Origin: Ascidiella aspersa | Taxonomy: Eukaryota | Length of the DNA: 64,000 nucleotides | NCBI GenBank assembly: GCA_963924565.1 | Contig: OZ004609.1 | Coordinates: 30,814,001 to 30,878,000, forward strand | Reading direction: 5' to 3' | Part shown: in pieces, positions 26,301-38,744 of the stretch | Numbering within the stretch: position 1 is the first letter of the stretch | Layout: each line of letters opens with the position of its first letter | Made by a program: the position numbers and the translations under genes | The notes under the pieces: generated by a model | Told to the model about the DNA's origin: nothing | Seen by the model: the letters and a program-made list of their open reading frames with translations, nothing else | Database searches by the model: none

Positions 26301-29300
26301 GTTACTCTTATTATGTTGTTGTGTAGAGTGACGTTTTATTTATTTCCCCTGATTTTTAAGGTCGCAAGAAAACATTCCAACGGCGCCGCTACGTAACATT
26401 CTCTAAAAGTTTGATAAGCAGTGCTAGCGCTTCGAAAAATGCTTCCAATGTCAGTTAAACCCACACTATTCAGAGGCATGTGACCAATTGTTATTTTTCA
26501 CTCTCCTGCAAACGCCCTGGACTTCGAACTTTGCCACCGGAACAATGACAAGCAAATTTTACGCTACACATATGGATTCCGGAAATTACTGGCGTTTCCG
26601 GCATTTCGTCGAACTGGCCGCGTCTCTTTGTGAAATATTCCATTTCACACGTTTGCGTTCTCGTAAAACCCAAATTGTGTGACATAAATCTGTCGCTGTG
26701 TTGGTTGTACCGATTAGAATAGATTTTTATAGAAAACTGGTTGCGAAATTCTAACGAACGTGTACCCACATCCTTTACGCCCTTTTAACATAAAATAACT
26801 AGGCAATCGGATGCCTTTAGAGCGTCGATTTGTGTTAGGTGTTCCCTTTTCGAGTGCAACAGCGGGTCGAGGAATTCAAACATATTTGCTCGTGCGTCAT
26901 TTCAAGACGAATTCGTGGTCCCGGCACGTAAAAAACCTTCAGTTTTGCCCTTTCGCCCTTGCTTTATTTGGTCGCGGCTTAAATGCACATTACTTTCTCT
27001 TTCCCTTGCGGTTCGAGCGGGCTCGATTCGTGGTTCGAACACAAACGCAGCGGTGGTGCTGCGACCCTTTTCGACCCTTTGACTTGATCAGTGCCCGCTT
27101 TTGTGCGGGCTTTGACTTTTAGCGTTCGCTTCAGAGGGCGCGCTATTGCTGGATTTGCGAATGTCAAAGCTCTACTTCGTCCGGCAGCCCGACCTTTGTC
27201 GTTGCCGAGCGCTTCGCTGAATTGCCGCAACGCAGACCGACAGCCTCGCCGCTGTTTCGCGCGCTTGCGACTGATTGACGGTTTGTTCGCGTTCCTGCCT
27301 GACTAACTGGGGTTCGCGCCAACTAAGCAAGTTCACGTCTAGACTCGCGCCCTTTTGCTAATACTCTAAGGTGTCTGGCTGATGCATGATGCATGCACGA
27401 CCGGGTTGAGTTAAAAGCAAGCCCAACTTTAAGACTGTACGGTTGACGGAGCCGGTACCCCTTCTTAGGCCGTGGTAACATCCCATACGAGGCATCGGTG
27501 CGGATCCCACACTTAAAGTGCCACCTTTTTCCAGCTTTAGAATTTAACCAATACCATATTGCTTTTTAACTTTAGCAAATGGCGTCATTTTGAATCTGAT
27601 CGGACGTCCACACTTTTCGAACAAAGTAGCGGTATCGGAAAAAAATACAAAGAATCAAACACATCCCAAGTCAGGACTATTTTGAGTGTCGGCCATCCTT
27701 CTCCTATACCTTTCACGTAAACCCACATCTATTATTTAAAGCCGTCTGGGCCTCGTCTTCTCGGCCAGGAGTGCCTCCGCGTTTCTTGGCTGCAAAGCCC
27801 GTAACGAGTCTGCAATTTACGATTGCATTGCTTACGCGAGCCACCGATAACGACCCTTTTAGTATGCATAATTCATCACCTTGGCCGACCAGTCATTGCG
27901 AATTCAAGGGCTAGCCCGTTTGTATAATTTCCCGGGGGTGTTTCCGAGATTTTTTATGACACGGAACGCTTGACATCTGTTGTTGCTCTTTTGCAATGGC
28001 CCTTATAAAGATTCGGCGTTTAATTCAACAGTTTTATGATCATGCAGCAGTGATGGTAGTTTTAGGGATTAAACCACCCCCATACGCGTGTAGTAAGCGC
28101 CAATCTAGATTAACAAACACAGTTGTGGAGTTTTTTATGTAAAATATGCGTGTCTTCTCGAAAGAATGCAGCGTTCCCTGATGGAAGAGCTTCTTTTTAG
28201 AATACTTTACCTGGCAGCAACAGCATATTTATGTGTGTATCTTATTTAGAACTAGAAAAAAAATCTTTAAAAGCAGTCTACTATAACTAAAATTAGTTTT
28301 CCCAATGAAGTAGTTCAATCATTTCATTATCAGACGTAGAGCGTGGAATCGCGATTGTGTATCCAACAAGGACAGAGAGTGTGTCTGCGCTTGCGTGATG
28401 CGTGTATTGCGCGCGCGTGCGTAAGTGTGTGTGCGTGTGCGACTTGGCGCGCGGCCAGTTCGCGCTAACCGGGGAGTCGGAACCCGGGTTCGTTTGAGTT
28501 CAAATTGCGCAACTCTCGGCGTCCGCGTAACCGTTAAAACACTGTGAAACGTGGAGGCATCACGTCCACACAGCTACACGAATATACTAGTTCAATAAAA
28601 CTATGTAGTATATTTGGTTGAAATGCTTTAAAGAGCTACGAGAACTGTGCCTTTTGCGCAGTGCTCAAAATGTTCGGTTTTACTGCGCTAAAGCGCTGAA
28701 CAGTTCGAGCCTTGCGGCAGAGTTGAGCTTTTTGCCTCAATTCATGACTTAGTGCAGCGGACGCGAAAACGGCGTTTCAAAGCGACGTTTAAGCTAATTA
28801 AATCGATAATTTAACATTGTTAGACGCGGTTCAATTTTGCATTAAATCGCTACTGAAGTAATTGTTTGCTCAAACTTCACAATTTTGTAAGTTCGAAAAA
28901 TAGGCGATTCCCGGTTTTATGTGTTTCAAATCCACTGAAATTAAGCGTACACACCTAAAAACGTTTGAGTTTTCAGAACCACCTTTTGTTGCGTAGGGCG
29001 AAACGCGATCGCGACCCTTTGAACAATTTCGGGGTCCCGTTGGGGTGTGGTGGGGCGCATCGGACCCAGCCCCTCATATTTCGGCGTCATTGATGACAAA
29101 TCCACCGGCCGGCGTACCGGCCTAAGGAGCTGGAACACGACGCCCAGTTGCCCACGCTGCAGTTCGAGCGTGCAATTGCAGTTGCTGAATCACCGGCTGG
29201 ATTTTTTGGCCGAAGATCTATGCCGGGAGGGGGGTACTTTTAGATTAAGCCAGTGACTTGATTTTACTTTGAAACGTTGTCGCCTTCGTGGAGAATATGT

Positions 29301-31290
29301 TTTGGTAAATTGATTAAAAATGAAAAAAATTGGGCTGGAATTTTTTGGCGGTCACAAGCTATTTTGAAATCACTGGGACTGAATTGTTTGAAGCTGTCGT
29401 TGTTTTATACATTTGTTGACTATTTCCTTTGCGTTTCGTCTGCTTAACCTGTACTAACTTTATATCAACAAGAAAACGAAAGTTGATTTTAAGTTGGTTT
29501 AGCTGAAATTCTTACCAAGACCTTTCACTTTGTCGGCAAATGTTACAACCTTTCCGCATAAGCTACAACGGTATGCAACTCCATTTTTGGCTTTGCTCTT
29601 GTAAAATCAACGAAACAACAGCAAATAAAGTATGTTTTCTATGCTTCGAAAAGGAACTTCGTCACTTGGTCATTAGCGAACTGCCGGTAAATGTTCTCAA
29701 ACGAACGACCTTGCGGTTTCTCGGCATCGTTTTATCACGTTCCACATTTGTTTGTTCCCGGCTCTCAGCCGAAGTGGATTTCCGACTACCTTCCCTGTTT
29801 GCTGTAGGCCATTACGTACAACCATGTGCCTTTTGAGAGGGGTTAACGACCCGCCTCTTGATTTGGTGATTACCTGACTTGCATTTTGGACCCGTTTCAA
29901 GGTTTAAATAATCTGGGACACTCCCTTTTTCGAGAAAATGCACTGGACGTCATTTTGTTCTCGTATAGGTTCTGCGACACCCTATTACGCAACAATCCTG
30001 TAAAAATAATTAGGAGAGAAAAACGGTAAAATCAGGTTCAAGTGGTTCGGTCTAACAGAAATTTGGTGTCAAAATCTCAAAAAGATCTTATATTAAAAAT
30101 AAGGATAAAACGTCAAATTCAATTAACCATTTTTAACTTCCTTGTCATTCTTAAGGGACAAATAAATACTTTTCGAAAATAAGGGAAAGCTTCGCCTTGC
30201 TAAAACAAATCGAAAAGACTTTCTTGCCCCAAAGGCTATTTTGCAAATTTTTTATTCATATAACAGATCTCGACTTTGGGTTATCTCCGAAAATTGCCAA
30301 AAAACTATACAGATATAAGGCGTCAGAAGTACATAGGCGGTGAACGTCACAACGGCTAGACAGTCGGTGGCGTACGTTAGACTTTTAAACTATAGTTTCT
30401 CCTTTTGTGACGCCCTCAAAAAATGTCGCGAAATGAAAGCGACGGGCGCCGCAAGGACCAAAGTCGAAGTGACTTGAGCCAGGGCGTTGGAATGCATTAT
30501 GCCTTTCAGTGCGCGCGACTTTCATTTTTCCCGGAAAAGGCTTGGGCACGATTCGGACGGAGCCATTTGACAAAATGGGAGTCGCTAGCGTTGTTATAGG
30601 GTTCTGTAGACCCTGACTCACTTCGTAAACACAAGTTGTCAATGATCAATCGACAGTCGTCATAACATCGCAAAGCAGGAATAGAGTTCGAGTCGCTCCC
30701 GAAAACAGGTTTCGACAAATGTCAAGTGTTTTTTTTGTGTGTGTATTTCGCTCGCCACTTCGAACCATACTCAAACGCCCAGGCGTCGGAAAACCTCGTT
30801 GAAATGCTGGTCGCTCGGAAAACCGCACTTACGAAATATATTTAATTTTGAAGCCGTTTAGACCCCACTGTGCTGGCACGTCTCCCTCCGCCAATAATTC
30901 CCTCCCACGTGCGCCCACACGAAGGAAGGACCCTTTCCTTAGTCGTCACCAGTACGTTGTGTGGTGTAAAGCCGAAAACAGCCTGAGCATTAAAAACACC
31001 CCAAATACTTAGTATCACTTATAGACCCTGTTGTTGTTTACTGGAGCCGTTTCTTGCTCGAAACGACAACGGGTTTCGCGGAAAATTGTCGGAGTCGGGA
31101 CTCAATGCATTATCGCCTTGCAAGTGTCCTCGGGACGGGGAAAAATCAACGGTAAATGGACAAAGGATTGAGGCGTGATTCCAACTCTATGACGCATCAA
31201 ACCGCATCTTGTTTTGCTTGCGTCTGTCCATTTAATCCGCTATCGGAAGTAAACAGGCTTTCGGCAAATCTCATACACTGGAAATCGGCT

Positions 31291-31375
31291 CGTCAGCGTA
31301 TTCCAACCCGTTAGACTTCGAGGAAACTGCGTTAGCGTATTCCAACCCGTTAGACTTCGAGGAAACTGCGTCAGC
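31291..31375. repeat. 39-bp tandem duplication
   Basis: AGCGTATTCCAACCCGTTAGACTTCGAGGAAACTGCGT occurs at 31295 and 31334. Confidence 0.95.
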
Positions 31376-34300
31376 CCTCGGCGGCCCACTCGCTTCCGTT
31401 TCATCTGGCAGAAACTCGCGGATGTGGCTTCAAAGCGTGATTTCTTCCACCGAGAGCGCGAAAGCGAAAAAGACCGGCCAGAAGATTGATTGATTGATTG
31501 CGCAATTCCGCCTTTCCCTAATCCGTGCCACACCAGCTTCGGAGCTGGAATCGACTTGGAAGGGTGGCCTATAGTCATTCCACCGTCTCCGTGGCCTATT
31601 TAGGAAATGTGATTTTTTAAGTCGACTTTTAGAAGCGAAGGAAACGATTTGCATCGCATTCGCTTTGTTTCCCATACCCTCACCCACATTTTGATTCGTT
31701 TAATGGTTTAATCCATCACTCCTCGCAAAGCGATTTAGTAGTGGCGCCTCTTAATATACCGCACCGTTTCAGAGAATCAATCAATCGATCATAGGTTATA
31801 CTTGTGTAAAAAATGCCACCGATTTGCGATTGTCGTTTGTAACAAAATGCCAGGACGCTGATAAAACGGCAAGGTTGTCGACTAATGCCGGCCCCTCACG
31901 TGACTTTTAGTTTTGAAAGATTAAACCTCGATAAACTTGCATGTGGTCCCCTTTAAAGCGTTTTTGTTCGTCCTATACTAAGTCTGTTGACAAATAGCTA
32001 CCCTCAATGACTTACGCAATGATTGAAAATTGTGAGATTGCTGTACAATGAGAAAAAAAAAATCGTATACTTTTAAAAAACAACGTCGGTCATACTACAC
32101 GCCAAGTTAACAGGTAAATGCCACAATGTAATTTGATAATTTATCTTATGTGTAGTGAACATTCTAGTTTCGCATGTTTGCCAGCACGACTAATATCTCT
32201 GCAAAAAATTCCAAAATTACGCCAACCCGATGGTACACTTGTGAATCTCTTAAAATACATACATTCGTACAGGTTAGAAAAACCACTTGGTTAGCGCGAG
32301 TCGTCCAACTAAAACAGCGCGGCGGTGTTCGACCCTTTTCCCAGACTTCGCTTGGGGCGCCGAACGGAAAAAAGGGAGCGAAGGCACCTGGCTTTGAACA
32401 CGGCCGCTCAAGGCCTCGCAGTTCGCCGTATTCAAACGATCGTCGCTCCTTTTCGGAGAGCGGCTTGTATATAACGCGGCGGGGCCGCGGTGGTTAACTG
32501 GATAGCACAGAGCGAGGCCAAGCAACGACTGTGTTAGATTTCGAGGCGTTCGTTGGAGCTGGAACCCTCTGGCTTTCGCAGAATCCTTGCACCTTTTCAA
32601 GCGCAGAGGTGACAGCGACCGGTTCAAATAGACGGCTAGAGGGCTCACGCTGGCTCAGTAAAGCGCCGCAGCGACAGGCATGCGAGCGGATGCCGCCTTC
32701 TAAAAGGCGATTTCCCTTTAACGCGCTGCCGAACTGACTGATGGCTATCTGTGGCGCGGCGGTGGGCTCGTGGAGCTTAAACGAGGCCGACTCTCTTGCT
32801 TGCTCGTCCGTCAACGACTGAAAGTGTATTTCGGGTGCGCGTCTTCCTGTTGAGACTGGCTTTTTGTTGATGTGATGCGAGCAGTTGGTCGATTGCACAA
32901 CTGCTGCTGTTGCTAATGGTGCTGAGGTTTTAGAAATGGCCTGTCACGCTTTTCTGCTCGGTTTGAGTAGCGCAGTTATTTTAGTAGCGCAGTTAGAACT
33001 CGGCAAGGGCGGTCAGATTGTGAAAAACGTCAGCAACCTGGCAGTAACTAGTCCATGTAAATCGCTCTAACAGTGTAAAAGAAATGTAAGTTTACAACTA
33101 TATCTATCGTTAGAGTGAATTTTATCGATTACCACTCTGCATAGTGGAGCTAGCTTTATTTTGTGAGCCACTAGTCAGATAAAAAAAATTTTTAAATCGG
33201 CGTAGTTGGATTTCAATGCATATTTGGGGCTTTTTCGTCGTTCTGTTGTTTAATATTAAACGTACCCGTGTGTCAAACCGCGCCTGGTGTCTAACACCGT
33301 GGACACCTTACGCCAGGGCGCCGTGATTGCCCAGACACTTTGATCGGTGTTTGTTCTGCCGTTGTTCCACCGTAAGAACTATACCGTCATGTGACGAAAA
33401 CGGTCCAAAGCCGAGCAAACGTCATTTGTTTGAGAAGAAAATCGAAGCCGTCGTGCTTTCCTGTTCGGCCCCGGACCGCACTTCTCCTAAACCATAGAGG
33501 CGCAACGCTAACCGCAACTGTGTATGACTTCACCGCTCTTAAATCATCACCAGCAAGGCAAAGATCAGTCAGACGCGACGCGGTCATGTGCCCAGCTGAG
33601 CGCAGAAGTACAACGGTTGAAAGTCGTGCCCGACGTAAGGCGCAGGTTTTTCCGCGCTAATAGCCGCCGATTCGCGTGCGTGCGACGTTTTTTTGTCAAT
33701 GGACCTTTTACTACGAACGAAACGGGCCCGGCGGGGAATTTCGCCAGCAGTCGTGACGCGAGCGGGCTACAGTAGACTGGTAGCGCTGGCCTGATGCGCT
33801 TTAATCGCACGGCTCGGTGACAGAAATTTCGACAGAAGTTTTCGGCCGGTTGACGCCGGTTTACCGCTAGTTAAAAGGTACGACGTCCGTTGCGTTTTGC
33901 CGGTTCGCCGGTCACCCGAAAAGGTAGGCCCGGTGCGCCGTTTGCGTAACTGTGCCGCTCGCTTTCTGGCTAGCCCAGGCCTGCGCCTTGTACGGCCTCG
34001 CTATTGCGCTGGTTCTGTCGGTTTACCAGAAATGTTCGTCACGAAAAAGTAAAGCCGTCACCGTCGCTCTGTTTCTCGCGAATTGTCGCCGGGCGATCGA
34101 CTGTACAGTCTTTAATGGCGAGCCCGACGTGAGGTCAGTGTGTGTCAGTTTTGGTGAGAGAATGTGTATAGTGAAACAGCGTTTGAACCCGTCTTGGTTT
34201 CAAAATCGACGCGTGTCATAAAGTAGCTGAGCGTGAAATTACCAGCTACTGAAACTATAATTAACAGCAGCAGAAAGTAGAACTAAAAGCGGACGAAAGT

Positions 34301-34779
34301 TCAGTTTAGGGTACAAGTCAAAGAGGAGTCACGCGCATGTGTGCAGTGCTATGAGTCGATGCATTTTCGGTATAGGTCACATCTCAGAATGTGGTTGAAG
34401 GACTTGCGCTTCGCTCAGTTCGGACTCCTGCACTTTTAATCCCGAACAAGGACGGCTTCTGTGGCTGTTTTACGACTGTGTGCTTACCAGCGTAGCTCGC
34501 TTGTTTTCTTATTTAGGCGACATCGCCAGAGTCGCTGTTGCAGCCGGTGGGAAAGTAAATATGGTCTCGAGTTGTTCGCTTTGACTCACTCAGTTTACGC
34601 AACGTTAGCGGTCGGTTTGAAAGCTGGTGCTTGTATGAAGTCAGTGTTTTGCCTTGACTAGCCGCGAGAGTTCAGGTTTATTTGTCATCGATTTTTATTA
34701 TTTTATTTGGAAATTAGCTTTAATTCGGCTGCTTGTCTTAGAAAAGAGTTTTAACTTTTGTTTCTTTGCCTTTTTGCAG

Positions 34780-35554
34780 AGTTTAATTGCACTCAAAAAA
34801 GCAGCCACTGTTTTGCGACGAACGCCCACCCGAACAGCGTCAGCATCAGCGATTGTCTTCAATTCTCGAACAACGTCAACCAGCGCGGTTCCTTTGTGAC
34901 GTCACAGCCCGCGTCGCCAAGCATGGCCCCCTCAGTCGGATTCTTCAACCAGGCCGAGTCGCCGGTGGTCGCCCAGCAGCAAAACGGCCACAACAACCAT
35001 CACCAGCATCAACACAACAACCGAAACTCTAGCGCCGCGGCTCAGTGCTGCTGCCGGCGCTCCGCACGCGCCATGACGTCACGCACACGTCATCAGCGCC
35101 AGCAAACGGCCAAGCGCGTCGACAGCGCCGAGCGTCGGCCGGTTGCCTCCACCTCCCTGGCGCATTTCGAACTTTCAAAGCGCTCTTACGCCAAGCTGAT
35201 CGCCTACTGCCACTCGAAGAAGCTGCTAGCCGATATGTACTCGCGCTCTCCGACGCCGCGCTCCAACCGACGCCAGGGCGACTTCATTTCCAACACGCCC
35301 GCCTTCGACGCCGAGCGCCCGCATTCGGATGTTTGTTATTCGGCGGGAAATCGGGACGAGTTTGCCGCAGACGGCCTCGCTTCGAGTCGGCAGAGCAGCC
35401 GCGCCGCAAACGAGATCTGCCGCCTGGCGCGCGTCTTCGAGACCGTGGAGGAGTGCCCGTGGTACTACGGCGCCATGACCGGGCAGCAGGCGCGCCAGAT
35501 GCTGCGCGGAACACCGGTCGGAACCTTTCTACTTCGCGACAGCAGCGACGCACA
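34780..35554 (+). CDS. SOCS: SOCS2/CISH-like suppressor of cytokine signalling: N-terminal region, extended SH2 subdomain and N-half of SH2
   Basis: Acceptor tttttgcag|AG. Encodes EICRLARVFETVEECPWYYGAMTGQQARQMLRGTPVGTFLLRDSS, the typical SOCS SH2 start with an intact FLxRDS arginine. Donor CA|gtaagt is phase 2. Confidence 0.95.
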
Positions 35555-36474
35555 GTAAGTCGAAAAATTTCAATTTTTTTAGTATAAATTGACCTATCAT
35601 TTTCGCGTTATTGGACCAAAGCGGCGCGGCTCTTGACTCTATTGTTTCCCGCTTCCATGAAAAGCGATTTTTGGCGAACAAGCGGCTCGAATTTGACCCA
35701 ATTGTTCGCGGGAAGGTTTATTTCTGGCTAGGTTTCGTGCTTCCTGGTTCCAGATAGATTGTGGCCGCTGAAATCACCACCACCACTAGCGCAGGTGCTT
35801 TCCGTTATTCAGTTCGCGCTATGCGGCCAAGGGCCTGCGTCCTGACTCGGAAATTCAAACACACGGGTTTTCCCGGACATTCAAGGCACGTTTATAACTT
35901 TAGCGTGTTTTTTTTTCAACCTTACCCGAGTTTACAAATAAACGTGACATCTTAAGGGGCCTTTAATGAACTTTTTGTTCTGCGAATAGCCCACCGCAGG
36001 CGAAATTTCCCGAGGGGTATGGTACTTTTTGCAACTGTATTATCTCGTATTAATGCAACTCATCATGGTAGCCGAAAAGTAAGAAATGTTCGTTACAAAA
36101 AATAATTTTTTAAAGCATGTCCGCTGTAAAAATAACACCAGAGAAGATATTTAGGCGGGTGTAGTTTTGTTTCAAGTTTCGCGCAATCGCTTTTGCAGAA
36201 AGTTGCTGCAGCAAAGTTTGCGGCGCACTCGAGACCCGGTCCTTGCGCCAATTCTAAATTTAAAAAGTCGCTCTTTGTCCGATTCCCGGTATTCGAAGTG
36301 CGCTCGTTGCACGGGCGCGACTTAAATCGCCCGACGCCGTTAAGTGGACCGATCGCATCGCGCCTATATATGTATATGTGAAACAAAACGGACAAAGCGC
36401 TTGGCCGCGGCCGCGCTCGAGTCCCAACAGTCGTTTTCCAGGTAAAATAGCGCTCTCGTTCGAGTTTAAAAGCT

Positions 36475-38744
36475 TTCGCGGAACCCGGGAAGTGGCGACG
36501 GCCTCGCTCGTTAGAAAGCGACACTCTATCTCTCGAGTCTCCCTTTTCTCGGTAAGGGTCGTCCATTTAACGCCGCCCTTCTGCCAAATCGTCGCAGCAA
36601 TGACCGCGTTTTCCAAGAAACCGCCCCCTCCTTATATACACCCGCACGCGTCCGAACGGTTTGCGCGATGTTTTGGTTATCCAATTGGAACAGAAGCGAA
36701 AGATTTTTGCGGTTAAGAATTGAACAAGAAGCGCAGTTTTTTTCCCTGTGAAACCTATTATTTAAAAATAGCAAAAAAAGTAAAAAAAAATGTTGGATTG
36801 CTGTCCGCTGATATGAGCTGGCATTTATTTGCCGTTAAACCCCCTGCCACGCTATTTTTAAGACAAGAAGCAGAAAGCGCGGAAATTACTCAAGTCCTTG
36901 GGTCTTGGGTTCGAACCTCGCTGGGAATGCGAGCTATCAATTTTCGGCTGACCGATCTGTCGACAAGCCCTTTTTAACAGGCTCGGCTTTATTTTAAAGC
37001 GATTTGCGGTCTGTTGCGTAACTCCGTTTTCCGGGAAGGACTGTCTGTTTTCGGCGAGTGCGAGAAAGACCACTTGAGACCTATCGAAACCGTCTCAAGC
37101 TGCCTTTTTCTTGCAAACGTGCCACCCGCGTTTTTTTTGTTCGTTCGCTTTCGTTTCTGCCCCGACGGTTCTTGTACGCTACGATTTGTCGGTGATTTCT
37201 ATATTTGCGGATTTCGCCGTACTTCGCACAGACGCCTATACAACCTAATTCGGGAAGGTTTTGCTTTGTTTCCGTAAAGTGAAGTGTCTGATTCTAAGAA
37301 ATTTCACCGTTTTCGCGAAATTTTATACCAAGTTTTGAACTGTCTGGCGCCTTGTCGTGATTTCATTTTCGGAGTAGTTCCTGAAGTTTACGATTCTTGG
37401 ACGAAAACAGCGCGTCGGATTGGCGAACGGGTGCGACAAAAAATATCGCTTGTTTTGCGAAAACACGGCGGACAAAGCCTTTGCATGCGGAGTGAGTCAC
37501 GCCAACGATGAACAACGGAATTTCGAACTTTGCCGCTGACTCATTCCCAAGTGCGAGTCACTTCTAATCCGAGTTCGCCTTTGCACGCTCGCGCCAATTT
37601 TCTGCGAAAACCAGCTCGCCAGCAAAGGTCGTCGAATCGCCACATCCAGCACTTTCCGAGAAGCGCAACTGGCAACAACGGGTGTGTAATGTACCGAAAG
37701 GCACTTGACATTTGTCAGCGGCGAGACGAAACACGCGTTCTGGCTCTGGCTTCTCGGAAACAAAAATCGCCAAGGTTATGTAACATGGTTCTGGCCGGCA
37801 GGACGCGACCAGGTCCTAAGCCCGAGGACGCCGGACGTGTCGGAATGTGGACGCGCCAGCGGGTAACAAAAACAAGATCACGGCGTGTTTGCGAAGCCAG
37901 TGGACGTGGGTTTAATGCGCGTAGGGTAAGGCAGGTACAGAGCACGCGAAATGACAGGTACTGAACCCGAAATGCGGCCAACTCGTGACGCGCGAAACCG
38001 TTTTACCTTGTCGTCCTGCGTCGGCGGCGTGACAGCTTTAACGCTGAAAACGGAGGGCTTTAAATCGTGTACACTTTTCAGTTTTTTTAGCGCGATGGAC
38101 ACACTGGACCGATTGTGCTCAAAATTTCGTCATTTTTGTGGTAAAATTCCGCAGCTGGATTGTGAGAGGGGAGGGGGTGTTTGTCTGCCCGCCGCCGTAC
38201 CGATTGTCGTTTTTAATGAGTTTAACCTTGCTAGATGGGAATTCCAGCTCCCAGGATCGATTTTCCGACTCCCCGCCCACACTTTCGCTTTGCCCTTGTG
38301 TCGATCGCATTTTAACAGCTTCAAGGGCGACCGATCGATACTCGCGATTCCGTTGGCGGCAACGAAATGTCGCAATACGGAAATCGCGCGACAAAATGCA
38401 GCTGTCAGCAGATTTGGCCACGTATAGCCAAGAAAAAAAAAACACTACGGCGCCGATCCAGACGGTTACATAAGGTCTTGAGCGCGATGAAAAAGCCGCC
38501 GTGAAGTTTCGTGCCGAATTACAGCGATTATCTGTTCGTTTCGCTGAAAAAACCGTTCAAGTGCTTAGTGGGCCGACACCGCCACCTCCGTGTTGAATGT
38601 CACATTTGCCCGGTCGCTTTCCCTTTTCGCGCTTTCTGCGAAAGTCTGCCGACGGTCGCTTCACAGAAAGCGCAAACGCAACGAAAAGTGGCGCCCGGCC
38701 GCGCTCCGGATCCGATTCCAGTGCGGCGCCGTTTTTTCCGGGAA
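36475..38744. promoter_or_regulatory. Cluster of STAT-binding (GAS, TTCnnnGAA) sites in the last SOCS intron
   Basis: TTCGCGGAA 36475, TTCCAAGAA 36611, TTCCGGGAA 37029, TTCCGAGAA 37654, TTCTCGGAA 37751 and TTCCGGGAA 38736, in CpG-rich DNA. Confidence 0.55.

Noticed and set aside
28440-28520. tRNA/SINE-like B-box resemblance next to a (GT/GC) repeat
   Set aside because: No cloverleaf or A-box could be built; too degenerate to call.
31255-31300. Minus-strand CUGACGA...GAAA hammerhead-like words
   Set aside because: Stem II cannot pair (GCCGA versus GCC) and there are no valid stems I or III.
35045-35587. Overlapping alternative-frame and antisense ORFs over the SOCS exons (also 18011-18815 and 41225-41659)
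   Set aside because: Expected by-products of GC-rich coding sequence, with no recognisable domains.
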